IMG/VR virus record: IMGVR_UViG_3300042802_000002
DNA: 45,653 bases
Reading direction: 5' to 3' (one strand)
DNA from: a virus
Below are positions 26,687-37,374 of the stretch, one piece after another (the first letter of the stretch is position 1; every line of letters starts with the position of its first letter). A program made the position numbers and the translations under genes. Under the pieces are notes generated by a model. The model saw only the letters and a program-made list of their open reading frames with translations. It was not told the origin of the DNA and searched no databases.

Positions 26687-27277
26687 TTAGCCGAATAAGG
26701 CTTTTTTAGCCATCGACAAAGTCGCAGAATTATTCATAAAATTATTACCTGTATTATTATAAAACCCAGTTAATTTTTGTTCATTTTGAAAATCGTTTTG
26801 TGCTAGATTATTCCAATTATAATTACCCCATTGGAAATTATTATACTTTTTATTATATTCATTGTTTTTCTTATTAATATATTGATCGTATTCTGGATTA
26901 GCAGCCTGTCTTTGATAAGTATTGTATTTCTGTCCTATACTCATAACGTCCCTTATAAAAGGATTAGGATTTTCTGCTATTTTATAGCTTTCTGTAATTG
27001 ATTTAGAAGGTGCATTTTCTAAAATATTTTGTTTATCATTTGCATAATTTAAAGTTGGTGTGTTTGATGAATAACGATTACTACTTCCACTTTCCCCTTT
27101 ATGACTAAAAACATTATTTGTACTTGTTGGTGTGTTTGATGAATAGCGATTACTGCTTCCACTTCTGTTGCTTTTACTATAACTGTTATTTGCAGTATCA
27201 TTTCTACTATTACCACTATTATAATTTGTTCTGTCTATAGTCGAGCCTCCATAGCCAAAACCACTTCCTAAGCCCAT
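26687..27277 (-). CDS. Low-complexity N/S/Y-rich protein with internal tandem repeat
   Basis: 196 aa; repeated SGSSNRYSSNTPT units. Confidence 0.55.
   Translation of the reverse strand: MGLGSGFGYGGSTIDRTNYNSGNSRNDTANNSYSKSNRSGSSNRYSSNTPTSTNNVFSHKGESGSSNRYSSNTPTLNYANDKQNILENAPSKSITESYKIAENPNPFIRDVMSIGQKYNTYQRQAANPEYDQYINKKNNEYNKKYNNFQWGNYNWNNLAQNDFQNEQKLTGFYNNTGNNFMNNSATLSMAKKALFG
27054..27197. repeat. 72-nt tandem duplication inside the 26687..27277 CDS
   Basis: GTTGGTGTGTTTGATGAATA occurs at 27054 and again at 27126, giving two adjacent similar units. Confidence 0.6.
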
Positions 27278-27288
27278 AATACACCTCC

Positions 27289-27738
27289 TTATCCTGTTAG
27301 CCAGTTAGCAATCATATTAGAACCGCCTGGGCTGCCTAAAAATCCACCTGCCATTGTTCCTATTGTACTCCAAAACGGATCAGGTTGATTATACTGCTGC
27401 AATTCGTGAGTATATTGCTGATATGCTTCTGCATAATTGCTATTTCTTAAATTCTGTGCATATCTTGATTTTTGTGTCTGATAGTCGTTTTCCATATCAG
27501 TCATAGCGTCCTGTTTTAAATAATCCCCTGGTGCTTGACCGTAAAAACCTTTAGACACCATATTCCTATTAATATCATTTATTACTTGTTCTCTGTTATC
27601 CTGGTAAGGTTGTCTTAAAGCGTCCTCTGCTTGTTTTAATGCTTCATCATAAGACATTTTTTGTGGTGCTTTAGGCTCGCTGCCACCGCCACTCAATGCA
27701 CTACCCAACAACGCCCCTCCTACTAATGCACCTAACAT
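27289..27738 (-). CDS. Hypothetical virion protein (Gly-rich termini)
   Basis: 149-aa ORF. Confidence 0.55.
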   Translation of the reverse strand: MLGALVGGALLGSALSGGGSEPKAPQKMSYDEALKQAEDALRQPYQDNREQVINDINRNMVSKGFYGQAPGDYLKQDAMTDMENDYQTQKSRYAQNLRNSNYAEAYQQYTHELQQYNQPDPFWSTIGTMAGGFLGSPGGSNMIANWLTG

Positions 27739-27750
27739 AATATCCCTCCT

Positions 27751-28086
27751 TTAAGCGTTCTCTAATGCCGTTATTCTAGTTTCTAAATCATCTATCTGCT
27801 GCTGTAAACTTGTTATATCAGTATTACTGGCTGATCCGCTGTGAGGATTACTTTTATCCTCGTGAGTGTCAGTATAACTTTTAGCGGCTGTTTCTGCACT
27901 ATCTGCTTTTGCTTGTGCAGCTTGTGGTGTTTCTGCACCTATAGAAGAAGGAGTAATAGTATCATTACCTCCAGCTGAATGAGTTTCAGCGTGTGGTGCT
28001 GGTTTTTCTGAACTCTGTATAGTTTCCTGCAGCTGCATATCTGCTCTTTTATCTCTAGCCCTTGAAATTCGTCTAGCTTTAGGCAT
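27751..28086 (-). CDS. Hypothetical protein with C-terminal coiled coil
   Basis: 111 aa; QQQIDDLETRITALENA. Confidence 0.55.
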   Translation of the reverse strand: MPKARRISRARDKRADMQLQETIQSSEKPAPHAETHSAGGNDTITPSSIGAETPQAAQAKADSAETAAKSYTDTHEDKSNPHSGSASNTDITSLQQQIDDLETRITALENA

Positions 28087-29572
28087 TTGTTACCTGACCT
28101 CCTCCTGTATTTGCCTCTGAATAGTAGAAGCCTATACCGTAAATTTCAGCTGGTGAATACTGCGTGTTCTCTATTTCAAGTTGAAAATTATTACCTGAAT
28201 ATAAAGTTTTAATTCTCTTAGTTATTGTTTCATTATCACTATTATCGCCATTAAGTATAAATTCGTCCTGTTTTGTATCATCTACATAAAGGCTAACTTT
28301 TAATTCATGTATTTCTCCATAATTCTTAAAAATTATAAATATTTTATGGATATTTTTCTTTAAGAATGGATTACCAAAATTATATTTAGCCGTTCTCATC
28401 TTAAAAGGTATTATAGCAGCTGTGCCGTCTGGTTTTATATCTTCTGTACTATCATCAGTAAATTTAAAGATGAAGTTATCGCTAGCAGCGTACAGGTCGC
28501 CATTTTGAAGCTGACAAAAATCATTTACCTGTATTCCTGTGTATATTGAAAAGGCTGCTGTATCAAAATCAAAAGTTAAAATTTTATTGTTTATTCCATC
28601 TGCAGCGTCAGAATAAGCCATCATAAACCTACCGCTTTCTGAATGGAATACTGTTCTTATAGCTGGTTTGTTAGTGCAATTTTTAATTATACTGCTAACT
28701 CTATCCTTTGTGATATTTGCTATATAATTCTGATCTGCTTCATTTTCCATTGATATACCTATGATAGAAGGTAATAATGCAAATATACCGTCATCTGATA
28801 CCATAGATAAACTGGCTGTAGTTAAAGCAAAGGCGTCCCCGTTTATCGGCCCGTGTGCTGTAGGCAACTTCTCCCAAATAGCGTCTGCTGCAGGGTCTAT
28901 TCCCCTCCATATCCAACTACCGTGTCTATATCCTACTATAATAGCGTCCATTAATACTGATAACCCTAAAATAGGACCTTCTGCTCTAGTCGGATAGACT
29001 ACATTTGTTCCTTTAACAAAAGTCGGATCTAAATACTCACTATAGTATAAAGCGTTTATTTCCTGATGATTTCCCGCAAAAAATATCCTGTTGCTTTCAG
29101 AATGATAATGAGCAAATTGACAATTCTTAATTGGTGCTAAGTTGTTTTCACTATCAGGATTAGGAGTTACCGCTTGTACTGTTGAACCGTCATAAACATA
29201 GTATTCAGTACCAGGGTCAATAAAGTATAGTTTGTCCTGTAAGAAGAAATACGCTACTCTTTCTGAATTTAAAGTTTGAATAGATGTATAAGTACCATCA
29301 CCTGCTAAATCACATAATTCTTTGTTAATAACAGCCATTAAATGAATATTTCCGTCATCTCTAGGCCACTCAAATACCTGTGTTACTCGTCCAGTATAAG
29401 CTGTGGTATTAACATTTTCTAATCCACCTCTTTTGCGTACACCACCTCTATTCATAACCTCTAAGTTTTCAGCTACAGTTAATTCTTCATTAGTTTTCAT
29501 TATATCTGGTATATCAACATTTAATCCCATATTAAAATCAGCGTCAGCAAATTGTTGAATAGTATTAGGCAC
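28079..29572 (-). CDS. Virion/tail structural protein
   Basis: 497-aa ORF in the structural block. Confidence 0.65.
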   Translation of the reverse strand: MPNTIQQFADADFNMGLNVDIPDIMKTNEELTVAENLEVMNRGGVRKRGGLENVNTTAYTGRVTQVFEWPRDDGNIHLMAVINKELCDLAGDGTYTSIQTLNSERVAYFFLQDKLYFIDPGTEYYVYDGSTVQAVTPNPDSENNLAPIKNCQFAHYHSESNRIFFAGNHQEINALYYSEYLDPTFVKGTNVVYPTRAEGPILGLSVLMDAIIVGYRHGSWIWRGIDPAADAIWEKLPTAHGPINGDAFALTTASLSMVSDDGIFALLPSIIGISMENEADQNYIANITKDRVSSIIKNCTNKPAIRTVFHSESGRFMMAYSDAADGINNKILTFDFDTAAFSIYTGIQVNDFCQLQNGDLYAASDNFIFKFTDDSTEDIKPDGTAAIIPFKMRTAKYNFGNPFLKKNIHKIFIIFKNYGEIHELKVSLYVDDTKQDEFILNGDNSDNETITKRIKTLYSGNNFQLEIENTQYSPAEIYGIGFYYSEANTGGGQVTNA

Positions 29573-30098
29573 GGCGGATCACCTGTACTTTAGCTGGTGA
29601 TTTAGTAGAAATCAAACTGCTGGCTGCTCTTTGTACCTTTTCTGTAAACTTCTGATAATATTTTTCTGAAATCTGATCATCTAAATCTTCATTTTCTCTT
29701 ATCCAGCCTAAAACATAATATTTAATTGCATTATTATACATTCTGTGAAGGTTATTGATAGGTTCTGCTATATCAGTAATGTAATCAGGCATTTTTCTAG
29801 CGACTATTTTAAAACTGCCAGCGTCAGGTATTCTTATACTGCCATTCCTGTAGATCCACCCTTCATAAAAATGTTCTCCTTCGCTATCATAAATAATTAA
29901 ATGCTCGATTGTGGAAAAATCTTCGGGTAAAGAATACCATTGAGTGCCGTCGGTTACATCTAAATCTATTGTAGCATACAGTAAAGCTAAATCTGCTATT
30001 TCATCTAAACATTCATTGATAGCAAGTAAAATATCATCAGGACTAAATGTCCTCCCTAATCTGCTTTCTACATAACTCTGTATTTCTGTACCTGTCAT
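29565..30098 (-). CDS. Hypothetical structural protein
   Basis: 177-aa ORF. Confidence 0.6.
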   Translation of the reverse strand: MTGTEIQSYVESRLGRTFSPDDILLAINECLDEIADLALLYATIDLDVTDGTQWYSLPEDFSTIEHLIIYDSEGEHFYEGWIYRNGSIRIPDAGSFKIVARKMPDYITDIAEPINNLHRMYNNAIKYYVLGWIRENEDLDDQISEKYYQKFTEKVQRAASSLISTKSPAKVQVIRRA

Positions 30099-30539
30099 TT
30101 AACTCACCTCATTCCACTTTAATGGTATTTCTACCTTCTTATCCCAGCTGTTCTGTTCTTTATCGCTTAAAGTTATTACAACTGAATACACTTTAGGACT
30201 GTTTTCGGGTATTATCATAGATATATAACTCCTGATAACATATCGTAATTTGATAAAAGGGTCGTCATTTAACCGCTTAACATTCTGTATATACTGCCCG
30301 TTAATCATCTTATCCCAGTTGCTACCGTTATCCATAGAAGTAAGTATTTCTATCTCATTCCCCTGAATAGGACGGCTAAACCAACTTACCTTGCCCGAAT
30401 TGACTACATCTAAAGTATTAAACACATCTGATAAATCTATGTCAGGACTTTCTCGTGTGCCTAATGCTAATGTACGGAAATTATTAACATCAGGCATATT
30501 TTCATCACCGTAAACTCCTTTTTTATGAAATATACTCAT
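30099..30539 (-). CDS. Hypothetical structural protein
   Basis: 146-aa ORF. Confidence 0.6.
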   Translation of the reverse strand: MSIFHKKGVYGDENMPDVNNFRTLALGTRESPDIDLSDVFNTLDVVNSGKVSWFSRPIQGNEIEILTSMDNGSNWDKMINGQYIQNVKRLNDDPFIKLRYVIRSYISMIIPENSPKVYSVVITLSDKEQNSWDKKVEIPLKWNEVS

Positions 30540-30549
30540 ATAATCACCC

Positions 30550-32391
30550 TTATGCTGGGTTTAATGAAAATGTAAAATCTAAATATAATCTAAAAGTATT
30601 TATTTTTTCTAATTTAGGAGTAAATGTTATTCTAAAAGCTGAGTTTCCATTACTATCTTTAAAAATTATTTCACCTATACCATCAGTAATATTTAACTGG
30701 TCTGTATTAAAACCGACTGTAAAACTTCGTTCCAAACTATCTGCAACATACGAACTTGGTGTTACTTCATAAGGTACTACATACCCTTCTGAATTCCCAA
30801 TAACTACAGCGTCTAATGATAAATCACTATCGGCGTTAGATGTTCCTCCAGCTGCACTAGCGTTACCAGATACCCCAAAATAAGGCATTAAGGAACGCTT
30901 GTTAACTATCCCCGCAAAACTCATATTGCCTATAAATATTTTATAATCAATATTAGTAGCACCATCTCTACCACCACCAGTAATTGTACCCGAATATACA
31001 CCAGTAGGGTTTTGTGCTTTAATAGTCCATTCAAATTCTAGTTGATGATAACTTTCTTTAACTATAGTTGTATCTAAAACTTGTCGTGCTACAGCCGCAT
31101 TATAATAAGGGCCCAAATCAGAAGCGTCAACAAAGACTTCATTTATATTACCAGTCCCAACGCCTGGCTCTACTATCCATTTAGCCGTTATTTTCTTTTC
31201 GGTTATTAAATCAATAGGCGATTTATAAACTTTAAAAGAATTAGAATTTTCTGTAGCTCCAAAAAATCTTCCGCCAGAAGAAAATTCAATAGAATTAATA
31301 GAAGAATTATTTATTTCATTTATCAAACTACCTGTCCCTATTTCCCAAATTTTAATTCCTTCGCTAGTGCCACAAAATAAAAATTTATTATTTGGAGAAT
31401 ATTTAACAGCGTTACCGTTAGAATAAAGTTGAAAATCATAAATTATATTGCCAGTATCATATTCCCAAATCTTTGCAGTTTGGTCATTACTTATTGTCGC
31501 TATATAATTCCCATCTGCCGACCAATCAATAGAATTTATATCATTTGTATGTGCTGTGAAATCAGTTAAAACATTACCAGAACTAACTTCAATAACTTTT
31601 GCAGTATCATCAATCCCACCTGTTGCTATATAAATATCATCAGGACTAAAACAACCTGAATTAACATTCCCTGAATGACCTTGATAATCTAAAATTATAT
31701 TACCTGTAGAAACTTCCCAAACCTTTACACCTTCGCCAGCACCCCCACTAACAACTTTTGTACCATCTGAATTAAATCTAGCAAAATAACTATAATAAGT
31801 ATGTCCTGTAAATTCTCTAATTATATTGCCAGTATCATATTCCCAAACAATTACTTCATTACCTTGTCCCGCACTTACTATATAAAGACCATCAGGACTA
31901 AAATCCAAACTATTAGCCCAAAATTGGTGTCCTGTAAAAGTATTAATTAAAGTGTATGTGCTTGTTTCATAAACCTTTACAGAATAATCTTCGCTTGCTA
32001 CAGCAAAATAAGCACCATCTGGGCTAAAAGCGATTGCTGTCAAATTATCTGTGCCTAATGTTTCATCTAAATATTTAGTACCATAAGGTACTTCTCCTAA
32101 AGTATCAAATTCTTGTACCATACTATCTTTATTTACTGTTGCTAAAGATGTACCTTGTAAACCTGTTTGCGTTATATCAGCAGGGGCAGTTCCATCTCCC
32201 AAATGTAAAACATCTAATATATCGTTACTTAACAACGGAGTCCCGTATGAAAAAAAATTATTTAAATAACCATAAAGCAAAGTATTCTTTTTCTCGCCTT
32301 CTTGTTCTACATTTCCGTTTCTAGTGTCGATTAATTTATATTTTATTTTGCCCTCAACATTTGTTTGTATTTTAGTATTATTATTTTTCAT
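30550..32391 (-). CDS. WD40-repeat (beta-propeller) virion protein
   Basis: 613 aa; about six tandem ~40-aa repeats of the form GH ... FSPDG ... [VA]K[VI]WE. Confidence 0.8.
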   Translation of the reverse strand: MKNNNTKIQTNVEGKIKYKLIDTRNGNVEQEGEKKNTLLYGYLNNFFSYGTPLLSNDILDVLHLGDGTAPADITQTGLQGTSLATVNKDSMVQEFDTLGEVPYGTKYLDETLGTDNLTAIAFSPDGAYFAVASEDYSVKVYETSTYTLINTFTGHQFWANSLDFSPDGLYIVSAGQGNEVIVWEYDTGNIIREFTGHTYYSYFARFNSDGTKVVSGGAGEGVKVWEVSTGNIILDYQGHSGNVNSGCFSPDDIYIATGGIDDTAKVIEVSSGNVLTDFTAHTNDINSIDWSADGNYIATISNDQTAKIWEYDTGNIIYDFQLYSNGNAVKYSPNNKFLFCGTSEGIKIWEIGTGSLINEINNSSINSIEFSSGGRFFGATENSNSFKVYKSPIDLITEKKITAKWIVEPGVGTGNINEVFVDASDLGPYYNAAVARQVLDTTIVKESYHQLEFEWTIKAQNPTGVYSGTITGGGRDGATNIDYKIFIGNMSFAGIVNKRSLMPYFGVSGNASAAGGTSNADSDLSLDAVVIGNSEGYVVPYEVTPSSYVADSLERSFTVGFNTDQLNITDGIGEIIFKDSNGNSAFRITFTPKLEKINTFRLYLDFTFSLNPA

Positions 32392-32394
32392 CTT

Positions 32395-33984
32395 TTACAC
32401 CTCTACCCATAATATTGAGTTTAAATTATTTCCTAAAGAATTTGTGTCTATTACAGATTTATATATATATTCAGTAGGGTCTTCATAATACCATTCAATA
32501 GATCTTAAATTGCTATTTAAACTTGTTATTTCATCTTCAAAAGGATTGATATAAAATAAATTTATATTCATACTGTAAGTATCGTCATTGTTATCAACAA
32601 GTATTTCAAAATCATATTCACCTAAAGTTGGGTGAGATAAATTAACATTATAAGGAGTTTCATAAGGAAGTAAATCAAGACTCGCTTCACCGTTAACATC
32701 ACTTATAACACTCTTTTCTTCCTGGCTTCTTTGCCCTTCAAAAGTTACTGTTACATCACTTTGGATATTCATATCAGCATTTAAAGTTGTTAAATATAAA
32801 TTATAAGTTGCCGCCTCCCATATCATATTTTCTAATGAATTGTTAAGAATAATATTTTCATTAAATTTGTTAACACTATTTAAGTGAGGTATATTTATAT
32901 CCATTTCTTTAACGGAGTCATAGCCATCTACAAGTATGCCCCAAGAATTTTCATAACCTAAACTGTCGCTGTATAAAACGACATCATAAACAGTCGAATA
33001 TGGTATTAATCGCAAAGAAGTTTCGCCATTTGAATTTAAGTCTTGTGTTTTTTCTTCCTGACCTGTATTAGCTTTAAAAGTTATACTGCTATCGGTCAAC
33101 GCTTCACCAGAAGATAAATAATATCCAAATACATTAACTAAATATCTCATATCTATCCAATTAATATTTCCTAAATCATTATTGACCTCTAATTCTTCTA
33201 AAATAACAGCAATATCTCTTTTAATATATTTATACGGTTTATAATCATCATCACGCTTATAAAATACTATCTGCTCAATATATTTGCTTTTTTTATTTAA
33301 TGCTTTAGTAGATTTCAAAACTTGCTGAAAATGCAAAGTTCTTTCTGGTGTAAAAATTTCATCTATTAAATAACCCGTATTGTAGTTATCATCTTCTTTC
33401 CTATAAAAAACATTATACTGCTCATTATCTGTGTGAAATAGCCACATTTTTTGATGATTGTCTATATAAAGTTGCGGCTCTGTACCATCACATATTTTTT
33501 TGATACCAATATTTTTATAAGGATAACTTAAAAGCCATATCTCATAGGTTTCACTACCAGCAGGTATAAATTCAACTGCTATTTCATAATGACCGTCAGA
33601 ATTAAATTCTATACTTGCTCTCCTGCTGCCAGAAGGTACAAAAGTTAAGAGTTCATGTCTTTCCCAATTAGTTAAATCCTCATTAGCTTTTAAAAGATAT
33701 ATTTCGCCTGCTGTTTTGGTATATACTCCCCACAATCTACCATTATCGGGAGTATATTCATTCTCCCCTTCTGCTAATGCTTGACCTTCTATTTCAGCAC
33801 CCCAACAAAAGTCATAATCATCTGTAAAGCCTAAATAATCATTATCTGCTTCAAATGCTTTAGTAACAATATGCTCGCCTGTTGCAAATTGAGAAAACAT
33901 TTTCTCTATATAATTCCAATAATGGACTGGAAAATCTAAATTTTGTTTGTTATCGTTATTCCAGTTTAATTCCTGCATACTCAC
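32395..33984 (-). CDS. Virion/tail structural protein
   Basis: 529-aa ORF. Confidence 0.65.
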   Translation of the reverse strand: MSMQELNWNNDNKQNLDFPVHYWNYIEKMFSQFATGEHIVTKAFEADNDYLGFTDDYDFCWGAEIEGQALAEGENEYTPDNGRLWGVYTKTAGEIYLLKANEDLTNWERHELLTFVPSGSRRASIEFNSDGHYEIAVEFIPAGSETYEIWLLSYPYKNIGIKKICDGTEPQLYIDNHQKMWLFHTDNEQYNVFYRKEDDNYNTGYLIDEIFTPERTLHFQQVLKSTKALNKKSKYIEQIVFYKRDDDYKPYKYIKRDIAVILEELEVNNDLGNINWIDMRYLVNVFGYYLSSGEALTDSSITFKANTGQEEKTQDLNSNGETSLRLIPYSTVYDVVLYSDSLGYENSWGILVDGYDSVKEMDINIPHLNSVNKFNENIILNNSLENMIWEAATYNLYLTTLNADMNIQSDVTVTFEGQRSQEEKSVISDVNGEASLDLLPYETPYNVNLSHPTLGEYDFEILVDNNDDTYSMNINLFYINPFEDEITSLNSNLRSIEWYYEDPTEYIYKSVIDTNSLGNNLNSILWVEV

Positions 33985-33991
33985 CAGCCCT

Positions 33992-34189
33992 TTATACCGC
34001 TTCCCAAACTATATTATTTAAACTGTTTTCAATGCTATTGACTACATCACCAGCAGAAACAAATATAATATCATTGACATCATCATAACTAACCTCTAAA
34101 TATGGAGTAGGAGTTACAACTTCATCACCGCCACCACCAACACTAATTTTTATAAAGCTGCCTATAGTTATTGAGTTTGTTATTCTCAT
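33992..34189 (-). CDS. Hypothetical small protein
   Basis: 65-aa ORF. Confidence 0.45.
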   Translation of the reverse strand: MRITNSITIGSFIKISVGGGGDEVVTPTPYLEVSYDDVNDIIFVSAGDVVNSIENSLNNIVWEAV

Positions 34190-34197
34190 AAAATCAC

Positions 34198-34452
34198 CTA
34201 ATATACTGCTATAATATCTGTCGCTGTAGTATTAGCAGTCCAAATTCTTTTTGCTCTGATAGGGTGTATCATACCTGCAACTAAACCTTTAAATACAATG
34301 CTTTCCCCGTCAGCCATATTTTCTAAAGTTATTTCTAAATCGCCAGCAGCACCAACATAAATACCGTTTGTAGGCACTATATTCTCTGTATCAGAAGGAG
34401 TAACAGCAGCAGCTTTGCCAGCCTTATCTCCCTGGACCGTTACTTTAGCCAT
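34198..34452 (-). CDS. Hypothetical small virion protein
   Basis: 84-aa ORF. Confidence 0.5.
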   Translation of the reverse strand: MAKVTVQGDKAGKAAAVTPSDTENIVPTNGIYVGAAGDLEITLENMADGESIVFKGLVAGMIHPIRAKRIWTANTTATDIIAVY

Positions 34453-34466
34453 TTATATTCACCTTC

Positions 34467-34817
34467 TTATTTCTTTTTAGATTTTGATTTAAATTTATCT
34501 TTTTCTTTATCTTCTTCTTCGCCTTCGTAAACTTCTTCTTGAATTTTAGTGATCCGACTAAAAGGAGAAGGATGTTTTACTTTCCATTCTAAAAATGAGA
34601 TAACTTCTGTTTCTGCAGTTTCTAATTTACCGTCAGGTCCAAATTCTAAACGCCTGCCACGCTTATTCTCAACATTCGGGTCTTTACTTGTTACTGCTGT
34701 ATCCATAACTAAAACTAAATTTCTAAAGCCGCAAGTTCCTTTTCCTACACTTGCAAATACTGCTGGTTTTTCTGCCATAGCTGGTCTAAATTTACCATTA
34801 GGTCCTCTTTTAGCCAT
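34467..34817 (-). CDS. Hypothetical protein with Lys/Glu-rich tail
   Basis: 116-aa ORF immediately downstream of the capsid gene. Confidence 0.5.
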   Translation of the reverse strand: MAKRGPNGKFRPAMAEKPAVFASVGKGTCGFRNLVLVMDTAVTSKDPNVENKRGRRLEFGPDGKLETAETEVISFLEWKVKHPSPFSRITKIQEEVYEGEEEDKEKDKFKSKSKKK

Positions 34818-34878
34818 CTTAATTTCCTCCTTGATATAATTAAAAGGGAGGAATTACCCTCCCTTATTCTATTGTATA

Positions 34879-36087
34879 TTAGCCTGTAACACCAGTTAAA
34901 ATACTGTGTGTTTTTTCCAGTCTTACTCTTAATCCAGCCATTGTTAGGTACTCGTCTTTCCAGCCTAACTTGTCATTCTCCTGGATATTCTTTCTTAGCT
35001 TAGAGTCATTACCGCCAGCTGGACGATAGTCGATATTCTCAATATCAAGCATTAAGCCTGTATGAGCATAATCTTTCTCGAATAGCTTAGTTGTTGCGAT
35101 AATAACATCACCGTGGAAGGAGATTAATCGTCTTAATCTCATACCGTAGGTTTCCTCGCCAGATGTAGTTTCAATTCTGCTTGCACCAAATTGATTAATA
35201 ATACTACCAATTCTAGGTGAAGTCAGGAATAACTTACGCTTACTACCCCAATCGAAAGCCATTTCGCAGAAGTTTTCAAATTCAGCTTCTGACAATGTAC
35301 CTCCGTTTGTAGTTCCTACATCATAAGCATTGGACTTGATAAACTGAATAAGTCCACCAGTCATTCTCACTTTATTAGATACATCTTCGTATCTTTCACC
35401 AAACATCATTTGCTTTTCAATATCAATTCGGTGTTCTACTGCTTTTATCTTACTAAGTCTAGTTCTAGTGTCAGTTCCTGCTCTTTTACCTTCAATTTGA
35501 TTAGCCATTGAAGCGTCAAAAGGTGTACGGAAGGTTTGAACATAGTTAAATAGCTTATTAGGCTGTGTAGCGTGTGTTTCAGGTGCATTAGAGTTTTCTT
35601 CCATAGCATTTGACATTCTCATAATGTTATCATCTGTACCAGTTGAAGCTACAGCGTCAGTACCACTAGAAGCCTGAGCGTCATAACCATAACCTCTCTC
35701 AACTGTTACATCATTACCAGCTTTAGACTTAACATACATAATCTCGCCTGTTGATCCGTTTTTCAGCAAGTCTTTAGGTCTGATAAATGAAGCGTCAGCT
35801 AAAGAGATAACTTCTTCTGTATGTGCTGTTCCTGCTAAATAACTGGCAGTTAGCTTAGTCCACCAAACTTGTTCTTCTTCATCATACCAAATAAATTCCA
35901 TTGAATTTACAGGTACTTTTCTAGCCCTCATTAAAATACTTAAAAATGGTGTTGCTTCTGGCATTAATTGGGCTATATCATTCGATACATCAATATCCCT
36001 GCGGTCAGAGTCAATATTGTAAGTAGTAACAGGAGTTCCATCTGTTCCTGTCCAAATATTGCGACCGTTATAATCTAATACTGCCAT
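34879..36087 (-). CDS. Major capsid protein (candidate)
   Basis: 402 aa; follows portal and scaffold-like genes in the canonical order; called by synteny and size, not by a verified motif. Confidence 0.6.
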   Translation of the reverse strand: MAVLDYNGRNIWTGTDGTPVTTYNIDSDRRDIDVSNDIAQLMPEATPFLSILMRARKVPVNSMEFIWYDEEEQVWWTKLTASYLAGTAHTEEVISLADASFIRPKDLLKNGSTGEIMYVKSKAGNDVTVERGYGYDAQASSGTDAVASTGTDDNIMRMSNAMEENSNAPETHATQPNKLFNYVQTFRTPFDASMANQIEGKRAGTDTRTRLSKIKAVEHRIDIEKQMMFGERYEDVSNKVRMTGGLIQFIKSNAYDVGTTNGGTLSEAEFENFCEMAFDWGSKRKLFLTSPRIGSIINQFGASRIETTSGEETYGMRLRRLISFHGDVIIATTKLFEKDYAHTGLMLDIENIDYRPAGGNDSKLRKNIQENDKLGWKDEYLTMAGLRVRLEKTHSILTGVTG

Positions 36088-36148
36088 TTTAATTACACTC
36101 CTTTATATTTTATTGGCTGCCGCAGGGTGTTCCTAAAATTCCTGTCAG

Positions 36149-37363
36149 CTAGCCAAATATCCCTTGTCTTTTATCATTCGTGTGGAAGATGTTTTGCCTA
36201 ATTTCTTCCTCGGGACTCATATTATTTTGAAATCTCAATTTATTATTATGTTGAGATTGTGGTATTCTAGCAGCTTGTTTTTGAGCATTATTATACTGCT
36301 GTTGCTGTTGCATATTCTGCTGTTGCTGCTGATACTGGTTATTCATAGTTCGGACATTATTAAAAGCTATCTCAAAGCCGTTCGGAAACATTTGAGGATC
36401 TAAATACATAGGATATTGTTGGAAAAAGTTAAGCATATCGTCTTTATGCTGTTCAAATTCCTGTTCCCCATACTGCTGTTTGATAGTATCTACCTGGCTA
36501 CGATAACTATTGTTAAGCTGCTGTGCCTGTTGCAATCTCTGTTGTTCTTCCTGTTTTTTCTGCTGTTCTTGTTGCTGCATTTCATTAAATTTCTGTTCAA
36601 CTAATTTTTCAGCTGTCTTTAGAGAAGTTTCTGCTACAACTTTTTTGAAAACATCAGAATTATAGCCTTTCTCATAAAGTTCATTAATTGCTTCATCAGC
36701 TGATACATCAAAGTTAAGGTCTGCCATTACATCTTCTAAAGTTAAACCTGTATTTTCCTGTGGCTGTTGTGGTTGCTGCTGTTGTTGATTAAAATTCCGC
36801 TGATTATTTACCTGTTGTTGACTGACAAATCGGCCGGTTTGAGGGTCCCTTCTAGGCTGCTGCATATTTTGCGGGTTTTGCATAGCCTGCTGTTGTTGCA
36901 TTAAATACATCTGTCTTAGTCTTTGGTTTTCCTGTTCTAATTGGCTTAATTGTTGTCTGGTCTGATCTACATTAGAAGTTTGGCCTAAACGCTGCTCTAA
37001 TTCCATATAATAATTAATTGCTTCTTCCGGATTGGAAATTTGCTTTTGTTCAGTAACGCCTAACTTTTGTTCTAATTCATTGATACTTCTTTCAAATTCT
37101 TTTGCTGGATCTTCCGCTGACTTAAACTTTTCTCTTACATAATCAACTTTTCTGTCATAGTCTGTCGATTTTTGCTGGTTAACTGGTTGTTTTCCATCTG
37201 CCTGCTGTGCTAATTCTTCTAAATTTATCTGCTGACTTTGATTTTCGCCTTCAAATTCTTCACCATTTGCAGGTTGTCCAGGCTGATCCTGGGCCTGCTC
37301 AATGCCTAAAGGGTTTTCTGCACTAACATTACCCTCTTGAGCATTTTCACCGAATAATCCCAT
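36149..37363 (-). CDS. Scaffolding-like Q-rich coiled-coil protein
   Basis: 404 aa; extensive poly-Q and helical low-complexity sequence; sits between portal and capsid. Confidence 0.5.
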   Translation of the reverse strand: MGLFGENAQEGNVSAENPLGIEQAQDQPGQPANGEEFEGENQSQQINLEELAQQADGKQPVNQQKSTDYDRKVDYVREKFKSAEDPAKEFERSINELEQKLGVTEQKQISNPEEAINYYMELEQRLGQTSNVDQTRQQLSQLEQENQRLRQMYLMQQQQAMQNPQNMQQPRRDPQTGRFVSQQQVNNQRNFNQQQQQPQQPQENTGLTLEDVMADLNFDVSADEAINELYEKGYNSDVFKKVVAETSLKTAEKLVEQKFNEMQQQEQQKKQEEQQRLQQAQQLNNSYRSQVDTIKQQYGEQEFEQHKDDMLNFFQQYPMYLDPQMFPNGFEIAFNNVRTMNNQYQQQQQNMQQQQQYNNAQKQAARIPQSQHNNKLRFQNNMSPEEEIRQNIFHTNDKRQGIFG

Positions 37364-37374
37364 TTATTGACCTC

